A stretch of DNA of 64,000 bases from Chiloscyllium plagiosum (Eukaryota): NCBI RefSeq assembly GCF_004010195.1, contig NC_057717.1, forward strand, positions 32,353,218 to 32,417,217, written 5' to 3'. The position numbers and the translations under genes were made by a program. The notes beneath the pieces were generated by a model that searched no databases, was not told where the DNA came from, and was given only the letters and a program-made list of their open reading frames with translations. Of this stretch, positions 62,096 through 64,000 are shown one piece after another (within the stretch, counting starts at the first letter, position 1; each line of letters opens with the position of its first letter).

Positions 62096-63603
62096 ATGGG
62101 AGGCACGGGGAGGTGCCTGTGTAACAGTCGATTTGTAAGTAACGTTAAAGGGGTTATATCCCGCCCGACAGTTGAGTAATTGGGAGAATGTTGAGCAATT
62201 GGTAACACAACTCCCGGATGCGGGAAAAAGATAAGGCTACAATGATAAACTATTGTTGTTTCATTTGGACTAGAGAAAGTATTAAGGCACCTGGATTTTT
62301 TGGCCCAAATATGGGTCCGATTAGGATTGGCTGTGTCAAGATCTTAATATATATGTCAATCGAAAAGAACTGTACAGTCAAAAAAGGCCCGATTGTGCGG
62401 CTTGTTGGGTAGGGTGCACGGGAGTAAAATTATGTCCCATGAATACGGAGGAATCAGGGAAAGTACAGAAAAAGAATGAACAAGGGAAGCCACGATGGGA
62501 TCCCTTAACGCCCCCATATACTACACCCCGGAACAAGCCTACAGCTCCCGAAGTAGAACCGAGTCCAGACACAGAAAGAGGAACGGACTCTGAACTAAAA
62601 GACACAGAACCTAGGGGGCACAGAATCACTCGATCCACCACACGTAAAGGAGGGGCAGAGATAATGGAAAATGCAAAATTATGACCCTTAAGAGAGGCTC
62701 CGATTGGGGAATGTACAATCGGATATGTAAACGCTCATTTAACCAGCAGCGAATTAAGGGTCTTTCAAAGGAACTGAAAAGTTTAACAGAGGATCAGGTT
62801 GGACTAGCCGAACAATTAGATCAATTCCTCGGGCCTAATTTATATGCCTGGGGAGGACTGATGGCAATTTTAGGAACGTTATTTTCAGGGGAAGAACGAG
62901 GTATGATTAGGAGAGCGGCTTTATAGGAATGGGAAAAGAAGCACACAGTTGGGGAAGAAGGGGCACCAGCAGAACAGAAATTCCCAAATGTTGACCCTCA
63001 TAAGGAAAATAATGACAGAGAAGATAGGGAGTCAATGCGGGATCTACGAGAAATGGTAATATTATGAATTAAAGAGGTGGCACCTAGAACACAAAACTTT
63101 GTGAATGCCTTTCAAGTACGACAAGAGAAGGATGAAATCGCTTGTGCATTTCTTAAAAGGCTCAAGGAGGCCACAAGAAAGTATTCAGGAATGGATCCCG
63201 ATAATCCAATAGCACAGGAACTCTTAAATGTCCAGTTTGTAACTAAATCATGGCCGGACATACCAAAGAAATTACATAAATTAGGTGGATGGAGTGAAAG
63301 AAACAGATGGAAGAAGTGTTATGTGCGGCACCAAAAGTCTATTTCAAAAGGGGAGACGAGAAGGTGAAAAAGAAATCCAAAATGATGGTGGAGGCAGTAG
63401 TAGAAATAACAAAAAGGAGACTGTGATCAAGGGATAATAGGAAGGATAGGGGAGGACACGAAAGACAAAGGTCGGACATCTTGGGAAGGAGGCAACAGGC
63501 AGGGTGTCATCATTGCGGGAAAGTTGGGCATTTTAAATGGGAATGCCCCGAATTAGCACGAGAAATGGAAGCCGATTCCGTAATGACCTTAGATGAAGAT
63601 TAG
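62096..63603 (+). pseudogene. gag: ERV gag (class I, gamma/epsilon-like), frameshifted with stops
   Basis: MG start (myristoylation-type); MA IPPDS...GRML..W...MINYCCFIW; late-domain-like PPY; CA LAEQLDQFLGPNLYAW...EERGMIRRAA; MHR QEKDE...FLKRL; NC CHHCGKVGHFKWEC (63505-63546); TAG 63601-03. Confidence 0.92.
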
Positions 63604-64000
63604 GGGATTCCGGGTTTCCATCCTCCTGAGACCCACTGGGAACCCTTGATAAATTTAAAGGTGGAACCTGAAGGGGAGGAGGCAGTATTTTTGGTGGACA
63701 TGGGAGCGGACGATCATCCATAAGTTTTAGACCTTCTGGTATTAAACTGACTAACAAGAATCTCTGGGTTTCCAGAGTATAAGGCGAGGAGTTCTTCGTG
63801 TCTATTTTTGAACCGACCCTAACTAGAAGAAATGATGAGGAAGTGATAGGACAATTACTATATATTCCTGACACTGGAAGTAATCTATTAGGTAGGGATT
63901 TGATTATATTGCTGGGCTTAACGTTTGGGGTGGAGGATAGTGCAGTAACTGTAACGATGGCTAAGACATCCCAAGGAAGATCGGTCCTCCCAGATGGAAG
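63604..64000 (+). pseudogene. pro: ERV aspartic protease (pol start), inactive and truncated by window end
   Basis: In frame after gag TAG: EPLINLKV...VFLVDMGA (DTG->DMG at 63697-63705); later NLLGRDL (~63882). Confidence 0.88.

Overview
Vertebrate genomic DNA from a cartilaginous fish (shark). The HE1/V-SINEs, shark-type CR1 LINEs and shark IgM-like exons all point that way. There are two 500-N scaffold gaps (7843-8342, 31942-32441). The only clear host gene is a + strand immunoglobulin mu heavy-chain constant region: CH1 11524-11829, CH2 16617-16928, CH3 18903-19208, CH4+secretory tail ~19668-20041, TM1 ~24068-24195, TM2 24335-24343. It is most likely a pseudogene, with a premature TAG in CH2, Trp->Cys in CH3, damaged CH4 and TM1 acceptors and an in-frame deletion in CH4. 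No V/D/J segment is visible in the 11.5 kb upstream, where the window instead opens with a >=5.3-kb 33-bp satellite. The rest is mostly repeats: many CR1 fragments, one near-full-length CR1 (26690-30514), HE1 SINEs, a Penelope-like element with inverted terminal repeats and hammerhead-ribozyme cores, four more tandem arrays (31, 36, 45 and ~32 bp units), and the 5' part of a decayed class I endogenous retrovirus (LTR, tRNA-Pro PBS, gag, UAG read-through, protease). Most worth a second look: an extra divergent Gag capsid fragment in the ERV leader, a preserved MLV-like read-through structure, a possible decayed non-mu Ig C1 exon near 58.4 kb, and AID-hotspot-rich tandem arrays upstream of both C-type regions (speculative switch-like hypothesis). 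Most long ORFs in the track are artefacts of repeats whose unit length is a multiple of 3. Family assignments rest on motif recognition from memory; no database search was run.
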